Below are positions 8,335-18,102 of a DNA stretch of 64,000 nt, piece by piece; within the stretch, counting starts at the first letter, position 1; the number at the start of each line of letters is the position of its first letter. The translations under genes and the position numbers were made by a program. The stretch is from Candidatus Latescibacterota bacterium (GTDB lineage Bacteria; Latescibacterota; UBA2968): NCBI GenBank assembly GCA_965204745.1, contig OZ242010.1:1120001-1184000 (forward strand), read 5' to 3'. The notes beneath the pieces were generated by a model, which was not told the origin of the DNA, ran no database searches, and was given only the letters and a program-made list of their open reading frames with translations.

Positions 8335-11300
8335 ATGGTGTCACAAAAAGCACATAAGCTACAAAATGCGATAAGACAACCACATCTTTCAGATATTGCA
8401 CCGCTAGAAAATGGTATCGCTCTGCGCGAGTGGATCGAAAAAGCGGTTCAGGAGATGTCCTTCAAGACGATCCGTTGTGCGACTTACGCGATCAGCACGC
8501 CAGGCCTTCAGTGGCTCCGCCGCCTGACTCGTGATCGCCAAGCCCACATAAGGTTGCTGTCGGATGGCGAGCAGACCGATCCTCAACTCGTGCGTTCAAT
8601 TACGGCGACAATGGTTGCCAGCGGTGAAATTGAGTGTCGAATCGCACCAGCACGCCCAGGGCCAGTACTAAATGAGAAGGGGCTATTTCATCCGAAGATC
8701 CTTATTTTGGATGAAACAGTAGCAGTTGTCGGATCGGTGAACCTGACCGGCAAAGGGCTAGGATTGGGGATTCCTCCGCACAACATCGAGATGTCGATAG
8801 GACTGTCAGGAACAGCATTGCAACCGACTATCAGGCAACTAGTTGAGATTTTTGACCGCTGGTGGAAAGACAGCCAGTTATTGTGGTCACACCTTGACCA
8901 TGAAAACAAAAAGGAGAGTCAACACATGGCACAGCCAGAATATGTAGTCTTTCGAGACCGACCTATGTGGGGAATAGCCCAAGTGCAGACTGAGGGTAGC
9001 GGCCTCTTTGGACAGGAGCAATGGCTTGCGGTTTCGGATATATCGCCGGTTGATCCAGAGCATCGTCCGGCACGCATCCGGATACCGGATCAGTCTGTCA
9101 ATGCAGTCGAGCCAGAACCATGGGACACCCCTGCCGTTCAGTTTGCCCGTGAGGGCGTTGACGCAGGCTCCAACTCCAAGGAGCACTTTCGTCGCTTGGC
9201 GGCTTACTGGCTTCAAGCTGAGAACCGTCAGGGCCAACTCGATAGCTTGCCCGTTCTCCAACTCCGGCACCAGACAAGTCTCGTTGAGTATCTCAGTGGG
9301 ATTGACGCCCCGCGGCAGATGCTCATTGCAGACGAGGTCGGTCTCGGCAAGACGGTCGAGATGGGGCTACTCTTGGAACGCTTGAAAGCCGCAAAGCCGG
9401 ACTTGCGCGTTCTTTACGTCACTCCGGGGAGTTTGGTCACCAACGTAATAGACGAGTTCAAGAACATGGGCTTGCCGGAGTTCTATGTCTTTGCCAACCG
9501 TTCGTTGGATGAGGAGAAATACCCGCAAGCCAGACTCAGACGAGAGGAGCAGGATCCCCGTGTTGTTGCGTCGCTCCATAGACTCGGATATGGCTCAAAT
9601 TCAGAAAATTACCTTGATAACACTCAATGGGATGTTGTCATCGCTGACGAGTGTCACAGACTCAGGATGTACGGTGCCGGTGATAATCAAAAAGCGCAGA
9701 AATGGTACCGGATAGTTGAACGGATCATCGAAAACCGTCTTGCTAAGGATGGGCGCGTTTACTTTTTATCGGGTACGCCGCATCAAGGTAATAGCGAAGT
9801 ATTTCTAAACTTAATTTCTCTTATGTGCGGTCTTGGACGCAGGGCTTCTCAACAGGAGAAGCAAAAAGCATTGGCTAGGCGAGTTATCTACCGAATCAAG
9901 GAGGATGTGCATGATTGGGACGATCTTCCCGTTTTTCCCAAAAGGAATATCCGAGATCCCAACTTAGCAGACAATCCTCCCGAATACAACACTCTGTTGT
10001 CTGAGATTGCCGAATTTTTTGATTGGGTCCAGTACAATGCCCTTCTTGCCAGTAACAAGAAGCGAGCGATTGGATTTGTGAAGAGCCACGCCCTTCAATA
10101 TGCAGCCAGTTCCCCCAAGGCTGGATTCGCCTTTCTGTTGCGCCGCTACTTGCGCTATTTTGCCGCCGAGACGAAGGAAGAAACACTACTGAAGTGGGTT
10201 TCGTTGCTGATTCCATATCGACAGCGATCTAGAAAGCAAAAACCTGAACAACTTTTAAAAGAACTGTGCAAACCAGTGAAAGAAGCCGAATCTGATTACG
10301 ATGAAGATGATGATCTCGGTGATTCGGTTGGACCTGCCGGCATTGATGAAATGCAACGAGAAGAGAGACAAAGACTATCGCAACTCCTCAGAAAGTATGC
10401 TTCATTTATGCCATTACCGCAGGCGAAGGCAAAATTTGAGGTTCTCACAGAACTTTTGGATGAGGCGGATGAACCTTTTGTCGTCTTTGCTCAGAGTTTG
10501 GACACCGTGTACGAAATAAAACGCCATGTGGAGCAACTCGGTATTCCGTGTTGCTTAATCGTTGGTGGACAAGATCCATCAGAGCGCAGAAAGGCGATAG
10601 ACGATTTCACAAAACCTGGTCGACTTGGTCGCCGAGTTCTCGTGTCGAGTGCTGCTGGCGGCGAGGGGATCAACCTGCAAATTGCGCGACGCCTGATCCA
10701 TTTCGATCTTCCGTGGAACCCAATGGTACTAGAACAACGCATAGGGCGCGTGCATCGTATCGGCACAATCGACACCATCATTGTGGATACAATTTTATTG
10801 GAAGGCTCCCGTGAAGCCGATATATACTGGCGTCTAATGCAACGTCTTTTGACTATTGTTAATGACCTTACGGAGAGCAAAATAAAGAGAGCTGAGTACT
10901 TTCGCCGCATCATAGCGGGCATTCCTTTAGAGATATTGAGGAATCTATTCAGCGGTCAGGTTGATGATGATGAGGCTATTGGGGCAGCCGTTGACGAAGG
11001 CAAGCAACGTGTGGATCAGGTGGACGCAGAACTGCGCCGCCACAGCGTTACCGAACTTCCCGATGAAAAGGGCAGGGCTTCAATGGAACTTCTGGTTGAG
11101 TTGCTCAAAGAGTCGGGCAAGATTTCAAAGCTTAACGCATCAGTGGACTACAACAAGGTAAGATATGATTCCGCCACTGACAGCTTTCGATCCCAAAAAG
11201 GGTATGCCTCTCGCTATCGGATCGATGATGGGCAAAGGAAGGAGAAGTATCCTTGGGTCGTCTTTGACCGCGAGGCGGCTGCGCTATCTCCCGATGTGGA

Positions 11301-11799
11301 TCGAGACAAAAGTGGTGGGATCAACCATCCACTAATCGCCATCGCGCTACAGACGCTACGGACTGCTCGGGATATTGACGACATGCCGAGACTCGCTCTC
11401 GGTCTAGGGACATACGACGACAAGGAATTTTTTGCCTGTTTCTCAGACAAGGCAGACGAACCTGTGGTATTACTCAGCTATCTCGTTGCCCACCTGAGAG
11501 ACGAGCACTTTTTCAATCACGAACTTCGCCTGTTTGCCCTCTCGCCCTCCAATCCGAAACCGGAAGAGCTCAAAAGAACAGAAGATGGAGAACTAGTTGA
11601 AGACATCATCTGGACAAATCTTCGCAAGGACAGTGCGAAACGCTCCTGTCCTGACTTGGATCAGAACTTCCTTAAGGAGATTTCATCTCAAGATGTGCGT
11701 ATCCGAGAAGACCTCGGCAGTGAAGTTAGAGACGAGGATGGCCGTTGGCGAGGAGCAGTATGGCCCTTGGCTGCAACCGTTCTGCTACCTTCGGCATAA
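8335..11799 (+). CDS. PLD-nuclease / SNF2-family helicase fusion (putative defence protein)
   Basis: HPKILILD..GSVNLT (HKD motif); ADEVGLGKT, DECH, SGTPHQ, EGINLQ, DLPWNP, QRIGRVHRIG. Confidence 0.85.
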   Translation: MVSQKAHKLQNAIRQPHLSDIAPLENGIALREWIEKAVQEMSFKTIRCATYAISTPGLQWLRRLTRDRQAHIRLLSDGEQTDPQLVRSITATMVASGEIECRIAPARPGPVLNEKGLFHPKILILDETVAVVGSVNLTGKGLGLGIPPHNIEMSIGLSGTALQPTIRQLVEIFDRWWKDSQLLWSHLDHENKKESQHMAQPEYVVFRDRPMWGIAQVQTEGSGLFGQEQWLAVSDISPVDPEHRPARIRIPDQSVNAVEPEPWDTPAVQFAREGVDAGSNSKEHFRRLAAYWLQAENRQGQLDSLPVLQLRHQTSLVEYLSGIDAPRQMLIADEVGLGKTVEMGLLLERLKAAKPDLRVLYVTPGSLVTNVIDEFKNMGLPEFYVFANRSLDEEKYPQARLRREEQDPRVVASLHRLGYGSNSENYLDNTQWDVVIADECHRLRMYGAGDNQKAQKWYRIVERIIENRLAKDGRVYFLSGTPHQGNSEVFLNLISLMCGLGRRASQQEKQKALARRVIYRIKEDVHDWDDLPVFPKRNIRDPNLADNPPEYNTLLSEIAEFFDWVQYNALLASNKKRAIGFVKSHALQYAASSPKAGFAFLLRRYLRYFAAETKEETLLKWVSLLIPYRQRSRKQKPEQLLKELCKPVKEAESDYDEDDDLGDSVGPAGIDEMQREERQRLSQLLRKYASFMPLPQAKAKFEVLTELLDEADEPFVVFAQSLDTVYEIKRHVEQLGIPCCLIVGGQDPSERRKAIDDFTKPGRLGRRVLVSSAAGGEGINLQIARRLIHFDLPWNPMVLEQRIGRVHRIGTIDTIIVDTILLEGSREADIYWRLMQRLLTIVNDLTESKIKRAEYFRRIIAGIPLEILRNLFSGQVDDDEAIGAAVDEGKQRVDQVDAELRRHSVTELPDEKGRASMELLVELLKESGKISKLNASVDYNKVRYDSATDSFRSQKGYASRYRIDDGQRKEKYPWVVFDREAAALSPDVDRDKSGGINHPLIAIALQTLRTARDIDDMPRLALGLGTYDDKEFFACFSDKADEPVVLLSYLVAHLRDEHFFNHELRLFALSPSNPKPEELKRTEDGELVEDIIWTNLRKDSAKRSCPDLDQNFLKEISSQDVRIREDLGSEVRDEDGRWRGAVWPLAATVLLPSA

Positions 11800-11821
11800 T
11801 TTGGAGTGATCCTTCTGTAAC

Positions 11822-11908
11822 GGAATTGACACGCGGTTCAATTTGGATGGCGATGGCGCAATTGGGTTCGCCGATTTTCTGATCTTTGCCAATAGCTTTG
11901 GCGCTTAG
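11822..11908 (+). pseudogene. Second orphan EF-hand/dockerin-like 3' fragment
   Basis: Translates GIDTRFNLDGDGAIGFADFLIFANSFGA*; homologous to 7388-7488. Confidence 0.6.
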
Positions 11909-11967
11909 ATACATCTAAAATTTTTCACGCTGTTGGTACGAGAAATGATTACATGGGAGCAGTCAAC

Positions 11968-12189
11968 ATGGCACTGACCGCACGAGAAGTCTTCGCAGAA
12001 ACCGTTCGCACTTTATCACCTAATGAGCAGTTTCGCCTTGTAGCACTGATTTTACGGGAACTGTCGCAGGCTGAGGTCGCTGTTGTGGACCGGCGTGATG
12101 CTTGGAGCGAAGAAGACAAAAAAGACTTGACGGCCGCCTCCTTGCAGTACGCCGAGGCACGCTATCCAGAGGAGAAAGCCCTTGTTTAA
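11968..12189 (+). CDS. Small putative antitoxin
   Basis: Overlaps the downstream PemK-like ORF; WSEED..DL motif. Confidence 0.55.
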   Translation: MALTAREVFAETVRTLSPNEQFRLVALILRELSQAEVAVVDRRDAWSEEDKKDLTAASLQYAEARYPEEKALV

Positions 12190-12324
12190 TTCAGGCGATG
12201 TGTCGGTGCTCGACTTCCCCGGTGTGACGGGTGTCAAACGCCGGCCAGTAGCGGTTATTTCCTCTGCAGTTTCGGCCCGATGTGGTCGTCGATCTCATTA
12301 CAAGCCAAGCGGGTGCGGAGGAGG
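12182..12324 (+). pseudogene. Truncated PemK/MazF-family toxin
   Basis: GDV..LDFPGVTGVKRRPVAVISS, then degenerates into repeat R2. Confidence 0.75.
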
Positions 12325-12375
12325 GGGTAATCCGCGCAATCCTTTAATCCGTTTAATCCGCGATTCAGACAAATG
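12325..12375 (+). repeat. 51-bp direct repeat R2, copy 2
   Basis: Matches 8234-8284. Confidence 0.9.
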
Positions 12376-12386
12376 AGCGTTGATCC

Positions 12387-12974
12387 ATGAAATTCCGTTC
12401 CGCTGAATTTGCAATGAGCGTTGGGTTTGTGCGGCAACTGCCACGCGATGGGATGGCTGAAATCGCGTTTGCGGGGCGTTCCAATGTGGGCAAATCGTCG
12501 CTGATCAACCGGTTGTTTAACCGAAAAAATTTGGCGAAGACCAGCAACTCGCCCGGCAAGACGCGCACCCTGAATTTTTACGCGGTGAATCGCAGGTACT
12601 ATTTTGTGGATTTGCCCGGCTATGGGTACGCAAAGCGTAGCCAACGCGAGCGGCAGGCGTGGGGAAAGTTGATCGAGAACTACGTGCGGGATCGCCCCTC
12701 GCTGAAGGGATTTGTGCAACTCATCGACGCGAGGCACGATCCGAGCCGCGAGGATTTGCAGATGATCGACTGGCTGATGAGCGGCGAGAAGCCGTTTTTG
12801 GTGGTCGCCACGAAGGCCGACAAGTTGTCGGGCAACAAACTCAGAAACCGATTGGATCAAACCCGGCGCATACTCGCGTTACGTGGAAATTTTGATCTGC
12901 TGCCGTTTTCCGCCGCGACGGGGCGCGGCAAAGACGCGGTTTGGCACTGGATTGGAGAGGTATTGGATGCGTAA
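12387..12974 (+). CDS. engB: Ribosome biogenesis GTPase YihA/YsxC
   Basis: GRSNVGKSSLIN, TSNSPGKT, DLPGYGYA, TKADK. Confidence 0.95.
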   Translation: MKFRSAEFAMSVGFVRQLPRDGMAEIAFAGRSNVGKSSLINRLFNRKNLAKTSNSPGKTRTLNFYAVNRRYYFVDLPGYGYAKRSQRERQAWGKLIENYVRDRPSLKGFVQLIDARHDPSREDLQMIDWLMSGEKPFLVVATKADKLSGNKLRNRLDQTRRILALRGNFDLLPFSAATGRGKDAVWHWIGEVLDA

Positions 12975-14067
12975 ATATCACGTTAAAAACGCCCGCGAGA
13001 TTCCCACGCCTGCCCTGTTGATCTACAAGGCGGCGGTGGCGCACAACATTCGGGCGATAGGCGAGATGATGGGCGGGTACGCGCGGTTGCGCCCGCATAT
13101 CAAGACGCACAAGATGTCGCAGGTCGCGCGCATGGAACTCGATGCGGGGATCGACAAGTTTAAGTGTGCAACGACGAAAGAGGCGGCACTGCTCGCGGCG
13201 ATAGGCGCGACAGATATTTTGATCTCCTATCACATGGTGGGGGCGAATATCGACCGCGTGGTCGGTTTGAAGCGGCTATATCCCGCTGTGGATCTCAAAA
13301 TCATTGCGGATGATGCCGATAATATCCGAGCACTGTCCAATGCCTGTGCAGCGGCCGAGGTGCGCTTGGGCGCGATGGTGGATGTCAACACCGGGATGAA
13401 TCGCACGGGGGCGTTGCCCGGCGCGGCGTCATTGGCACTGGCACGGCAGATCGCACAATCGCCGGGGTTGCAGTTTGCGGGCTTGCACGCGTACGATGGG
13501 CACGTGGGCGGGGATGATCCGGATGTGCGGCAAAAGACCGCGGTTGAAGCGATAGAAAAGGCGGTTGATACCCGCCGCCTGATCGAGCGGTCCGGGCTTG
13601 AGGTCGAGAAATTGGTCGCCTCTGGATCGCCGGGCTTTGTACATACGCAAGCGGTGGATGAAGTGGATGAGGTGTCGCCCGGGACGTGGATTTTTTGGGA
13701 TACCGGATACGGCGACCTGATGGAGACGCCCTTTCAGTGGGCCGCCTTGGTTTTGTCCAGCGTGATCAGCGCGACGCAGGCGGATTTGATCACCTTGGAC
13801 GCGGGCAGCAAGGCCATTGCCCCGGATACGCCAGAACCCCATTTTCGCGCCTTGGGCTTGCCAGACGAGATTGCGTTTGTGCGGCGCAATGAGGAACACC
13901 AGTTGTTGCAACTGCCCAAGGGCACGCCGCGTCCCCAGGTGGGCGATCAGTTTTACTTGGTGCCGCGCCATGTGTGTACGACCGTGAATTTGTGGGATGA
14001 GGTGTGCGTGATCGATGAGAACGGGATGTTTGCCGAGACCTGGGCCGTAGATGCGAGAGGGCATTGA
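12967..14067 (+). CDS. PLP-dependent D-threonine aldolase/D-serine dehydratase-like (alanine racemase fold)
   Basis: TPAL, RPHIKTHK, GMNRTG, HAYDGH, DAGSKA, EEH, PRHVCTTVN. Confidence 0.85.
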   Translation: MRKYHVKNAREIPTPALLIYKAAVAHNIRAIGEMMGGYARLRPHIKTHKMSQVARMELDAGIDKFKCATTKEAALLAAIGATDILISYHMVGANIDRVVGLKRLYPAVDLKIIADDADNIRALSNACAAAEVRLGAMVDVNTGMNRTGALPGAASLALARQIAQSPGLQFAGLHAYDGHVGGDDPDVRQKTAVEAIEKAVDTRRLIERSGLEVEKLVASGSPGFVHTQAVDEVDEVSPGTWIFWDTGYGDLMETPFQWAALVLSSVISATQADLITLDAGSKAIAPDTPEPHFRALGLPDEIAFVRRNEEHQLLQLPKGTPRPQVGDQFYLVPRHVCTTVNLWDEVCVIDENGMFAETWAVDARGH

Positions 14068-15649
14068 ATTGGAAAGGGTTCTAATCGGCGATTCCCTGGC
14101 CGATGGCTGGCAGGGTGTTTTCGCTGCGTCAGATCTAGAAGCCGATGTGAACGCGGGCTTGTCCGAAGACGAATTGTGTCGCGTGATTGGCGATTACGCC
14201 GGGCTGATCGTGCGGAGCGCAACGCGGGTGACGCAACGGGTGATCGAGGCGGGTGTGAAGCTGCGCGCGATAGGTCGAGCGGGCGCGGGCGTGGATAATA
14301 TCGACTTGGACGCGGCCACGCAGCGGGGGATTGTGGTGATGAACGCGCCGGGCGGCAATACGATTTCTGCCGCCGAATACGCGATGGCGATGATGATGGC
14401 GCTGTCTCGCAATATCCCCCAGGCGACCGCGGCTCTCAAAGCGGGCGAGTGGGCGCGCGGCAAATACACGGGTGTGGAGTTGTACGGCAAGGTGCTGGGC
14501 ATTATTGGCGTGGGCCGCGTGGGGCAACAGGTGGCGCGGCGCGCCCATGCGTTTGGGATGAAGTTGTTGGGTGCAGACCCGTTTTTGTCGGACAACCTGG
14601 CGCATCAGTTGCACATCCGGCAGGCTTCGCACGATGAGATCTTCGCCAAAGCGGATTATATCACCCTGCACGCGGCGCTGACCGATCAAACCCACCATCT
14701 CATTGCCGCGCCCTCGCTTGCAAAGTGCAAAGATGGGGTGCGCCTTATCAACTGCGCGCGGGGTGAACTCGTGGATGAACGCGCCCTCGCCGATGCGATT
14801 GACGCGGGCAAGGTCGCAGGTGTTGCGCTAGATGTGTTTGTCGAAGAACCGCCCGCGGTGGATCATCCATTGCTCGACAAGGCCGAGGTGATCGCCACGC
14901 CGCATCTGGGGGCTTCCACCTTTGAGGCGCAGGAGAAGGTGGCGCGGCAAATTGCTTTGGATTTGCGCGATGCCCTGCACGGCAAACCCGTTCAAAGTGG
15001 CATCAATTTGCCGCCGATAGATCCGGAATATCGCGACGCGATCAGCCCCTATTTGTCGCTGGCCGAAAAGGTGGGGTCCCTGCACGCCCAACTGATGGGC
15101 GGGCATTTGCACAAGGTCATCAACCGATACCAAGGCGTGATTCGGGAATATGCCACGGCGCCGCTTTCGGCCGCGGTGTTGAAAGGCATTTTTGGGCACC
15201 AGTCCGAGGAGCCGGTGACATTGGTCAACGCGCCACTGTGGGCCAAGGCCCGCGGCATTCAAGTTGAAGAATCCAAGAGCAGCCACGAGGATTACAACAA
15301 TTTGATCAGCATCGAGGTCGAGACTTCAGAGGAGCGCACGTCGATTTCCGCGACGGTTTTTGGGCGGCGCGATTTGCGATTGGTTCGCATGGACGATATC
15401 GAAGTGAAGGCCAAACTCGAGGGCAATATGATCGTGTTGGGCAACCGAGACGTGCCCGGCGTGGTGGGTCACATGGGCAATTTGTTCGCTACAAACGGGA
15501 TCAATATTTCCGATATGGCGCTGGGGCGCCGGAGCCCGGGCGGCGAGGCGATTATGGTGTTTAATATCGACGCGCCAGTGTCCGATGTGGTGCTGACCGA
15601 TATCGTGTCTCAAGAATTTGTGAACTGGGTCAAACAAGTGGTGCTCTAA
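14051..15649 (+). CDS. serA: D-3-phosphoglycerate dehydrogenase
   Basis: IVRSAT, GRAGAGVDNID, INCARG, TPHLGAST-x-EAQ, C-terminal ACT domain. Confidence 0.95.
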   Translation: MREGIELERVLIGDSLADGWQGVFAASDLEADVNAGLSEDELCRVIGDYAGLIVRSATRVTQRVIEAGVKLRAIGRAGAGVDNIDLDAATQRGIVVMNAPGGNTISAAEYAMAMMMALSRNIPQATAALKAGEWARGKYTGVELYGKVLGIIGVGRVGQQVARRAHAFGMKLLGADPFLSDNLAHQLHIRQASHDEIFAKADYITLHAALTDQTHHLIAAPSLAKCKDGVRLINCARGELVDERALADAIDAGKVAGVALDVFVEEPPAVDHPLLDKAEVIATPHLGASTFEAQEKVARQIALDLRDALHGKPVQSGINLPPIDPEYRDAISPYLSLAEKVGSLHAQLMGGHLHKVINRYQGVIREYATAPLSAAVLKGIFGHQSEEPVTLVNAPLWAKARGIQVEESKSSHEDYNNLISIEVETSEERTSISATVFGRRDLRLVRMDDIEVKAKLEGNMIVLGNRDVPGVVGHMGNLFATNGINISDMALGRRSPGGEAIMVFNIDAPVSDVVLTDIVSQEFVNWVKQVVL

Positions 15650-15736
15650 GCGATCCGCCCACCGGGCGAATACTCTGCGGCCTAGGGTACAATTGCATAG
15701 CCCTTCATCAAAGCGGTAGATGGGTGGTTGAGTGGC

Positions 15737-15802
15737 CCTCTTACGTCTCACTTCTTCCCTCTTGCGTCTTGCCTCTTACCTCTCCCGTCTCACCTCTTAC
15801 CT
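15737..15802. repeat. Degenerate 7-bp tandem repeat array (TCTYRCC)
   Basis: tcttgcg tcttgcc tcttacc tctcccg tctcacc tcttacc. Confidence 0.8.
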
Positions 15803-15818
15803 TAAAGGATGTCAAGAT

Positions 15819-17099
15819 ATGCCTGTTTCAGCAATTGTAGGCGCGAATTGGGGTGACGAGGGCAAGGGCAAGATGACGGATGTTCTCGCGCAGCACTCGG
15901 ACTTTGTCATTCGGTATCAGGGCGGCAACAATGCCGGGCATACCATTATCAATGCGTATGGCAAATTTGCCCTTCACCTCTTGCCATCGGGCGTGTTTTA
16001 CCCGCATACGACCAATATTCTCGGCCCGGGCATCGCGCTGAATATCTCCTCATTTTTGAGCGAATTGGACGAACTCATCGCCCGCGGCGTGCCAAAGCCA
16101 TCCCTGTACATTTCCGAGCGCGCGCAAGTGGTGCTCCCCTATCACCTGCTTTTGGATGAATACGAGGAGGAGCGGTTGGGGGATCGCAAATACGGTTCGA
16201 CCAAGTCGGGCATCGCGCCGTTTTATTCGGATAAGCATTTGAAAATCGGGGTTCAGGTGGCCGATCTGTTCGACGAGGGCCGGTTGCGCGACCGCGTGGA
16301 ACGCTCGCTGACCGTGAAGAACCTGCTTTTCGAGCATTTGTACCAAAAGCCGATCATGTCTTTGGAACAAATCGTGCCGGCTTTGATGGCGGCGGGGGAT
16401 AAAATCAAACCCTATGTCTGCGACACGTCGACCTTGTTGCACGATGCCCTGAAAGACCAAAAGAAAATTCTCGTCGAGGGACAACTGGGTGCTCTGCGCG
16501 ATCCGGATCACGGCATTTATCCCTATCCCACATCTTCTTCTACGCTGGCCGGGTTTGCAGCCGTGGGCGCGGGCATTCCGCCCCATGCGATTACGCAGGT
16601 CGTCGCGGTGACAAAGGCGTATTCCTCATGCGTGGGTGCCGGGCCTTTTGTTTCCGAGATTTTTGACCGCGAGGCCGAGAATCTCCGCGAGCGCGGGGGC
16701 GATGCCGGGGAGTACGGCGCGACAACGGGGCGGCCGCGCAGGATGGGCTGGTTTGACGCTGTGGCTACGCGCTATGGCTGCCGCATGCAAGGGGCGACCG
16801 CCGTCGCGCTGACCGTGCTCGACGTGTTGGGCTATCTCGACGAGATTCCGGTCTGCACGGCTTACGAGATCGATGGCGAGAAAACCCATCGGTTTCCGGT
16901 GCCCGCGCTTTTGGATAGGGCGACGCCGGTTTTGGAAATGATGCCGGGCTGGCGACGAGATATTTCATCGGTCCGCCGGTTTTCGGATTTGCCGACAAAT
17001 GCACAAAATTACGTCATGCAGATCGAAGCCTGGCTCGAAGTGCCCGTGAAATGGGTTTCCGTTGGCCCGAGACGGGAAGATATTATCGCGTTGCCATGA
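15819..17099 (+). CDS. purA: Adenylosuccinate synthetase
   Basis: GANWGDEGKGK, QGGNNAGHT, EYGATTGRPRRMGWFD, SVGP. Confidence 0.97.
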   Translation: MPVSAIVGANWGDEGKGKMTDVLAQHSDFVIRYQGGNNAGHTIINAYGKFALHLLPSGVFYPHTTNILGPGIALNISSFLSELDELIARGVPKPSLYISERAQVVLPYHLLLDEYEEERLGDRKYGSTKSGIAPFYSDKHLKIGVQVADLFDEGRLRDRVERSLTVKNLLFEHLYQKPIMSLEQIVPALMAAGDKIKPYVCDTSTLLHDALKDQKKILVEGQLGALRDPDHGIYPYPTSSSTLAGFAAVGAGIPPHAITQVVAVTKAYSSCVGAGPFVSEIFDREAENLRERGGDAGEYGATTGRPRRMGWFDAVATRYGCRMQGATAVALTVLDVLGYLDEIPVCTAYEIDGEKTHRFPVPALLDRATPVLEMMPGWRRDISSVRRFSDLPTNAQNYVMQIEAWLEVPVKWVSVGPRREDIIALP

Positions 17100-17198
17100 C
17101 CTGCGACCATCGGATTATGCCACACAAAAACCCCAGACGAAAATCGCCTGGGGTTTGGTTTTGAGAACGGCGTCAATAAAATACAAAAGGAGGCCGCC

Positions 17199-17957
17199 AT
17201 GTCCCTCGCTGCATGTATATGGGCACTGACTTGCCCGCAGGAAATCGCGTTGACGCAACTTGCCGATGCGGGATTTACCCAGATCGACATTCGCCCGAGT
17301 GGGTTGCAAACCCCGGATCTGCAACAACGGGCCAAAGACCTCGGCCTCGGTATCTCGTGCATGGCGGCCTCTGCGGAGATGCCCGCGGGCGCGTCTCTTG
17401 CCGGGGATGATCCACAGGTCGCACGCGATCACGTCTGTCGCGCATTTGAACACGCGGCTTTGCTCGGCGCGACGACCGCGTACCTCGTACCCCAGGGCGA
17501 TGACCCCGACCGCTTTGCCGAATCCATGATCCCGCTCGCGGACAGCGCGCAAGATGCGGGGCTCAAACTCGCTATCGAACACTTTCCCGGCACCTTTTTG
17601 CCCACCGTGCCATTCGCGCTCCACTATGTCGAAAAAATCGGTCACCCCAACTTGTACTTGCTTTTTGACCTCGGCCACGCACAAATCGCCGATGAAAATC
17701 CCGCGGAGATGATCGCCCTTGCAGGCGACCGCCTCGCTTATGTCCACCTCGACGACAACGATGGCAAAAGCGATTTGCACTTGGGCCTGTGCGATGGCGT
17801 GCTGACCCCGAATGTGCTACGCGCCACCTTTGCCGCGCTCCAATCCATTCGCTATACCGGCAACATGAGCCTCGAACTCAAATCGGACATTCCCAACCCC
17901 CTCGCCGCGCTGACAAGAAGCCGTCGCCTTGTGATCGAAAATCAGGGTAGTCAGTAG
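17199..17957 (+). CDS. Sugar phosphate isomerase/epimerase (xylose isomerase-like TIM barrel)
   Basis: LAIEH, FDLGHA, YVHLDDNDG..DLHLG, SLE. Confidence 0.8.
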   Translation: MSLAACIWALTCPQEIALTQLADAGFTQIDIRPSGLQTPDLQQRAKDLGLGISCMAASAEMPAGASLAGDDPQVARDHVCRAFEHAALLGATTAYLVPQGDDPDRFAESMIPLADSAQDAGLKLAIEHFPGTFLPTVPFALHYVEKIGHPNLYLLFDLGHAQIADENPAEMIALAGDRLAYVHLDDNDGKSDLHLGLCDGVLTPNVLRATFAALQSIRYTGNMSLELKSDIPNPLAALTRSRRLVIENQGSQ

Positions 17958-18102
17958 TCAGCGGTCAGTGGTCAGTGGTCAGTCCCCGCTCCGCCCTTCC
18001 GCAAGTGAGAAGTAAGATAAGCCCACACCAAGCCCCAAGTGGTCAGCAGTCAGCCATCGGCTTCTCTCATCTCGCCCCTCACGTCTCCCATCTTTCCCTC
18101 CT
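17948..18102. repeat. 7-bp tandem repeat arrays (YRGTCAG and TCTCRYC types) between convergent genes
   Basis: tagtcag tagtcag cggtcag tggtcag tggtcag; tggtcag cagtcag; tctctca tctcgcc cctcacg tctccca. Confidence 0.75.

Noticed and set aside
6359-12375. Integron cassette array
   Set aside because: No tyrosine integrase and no recognisable attC R''/R' structure.
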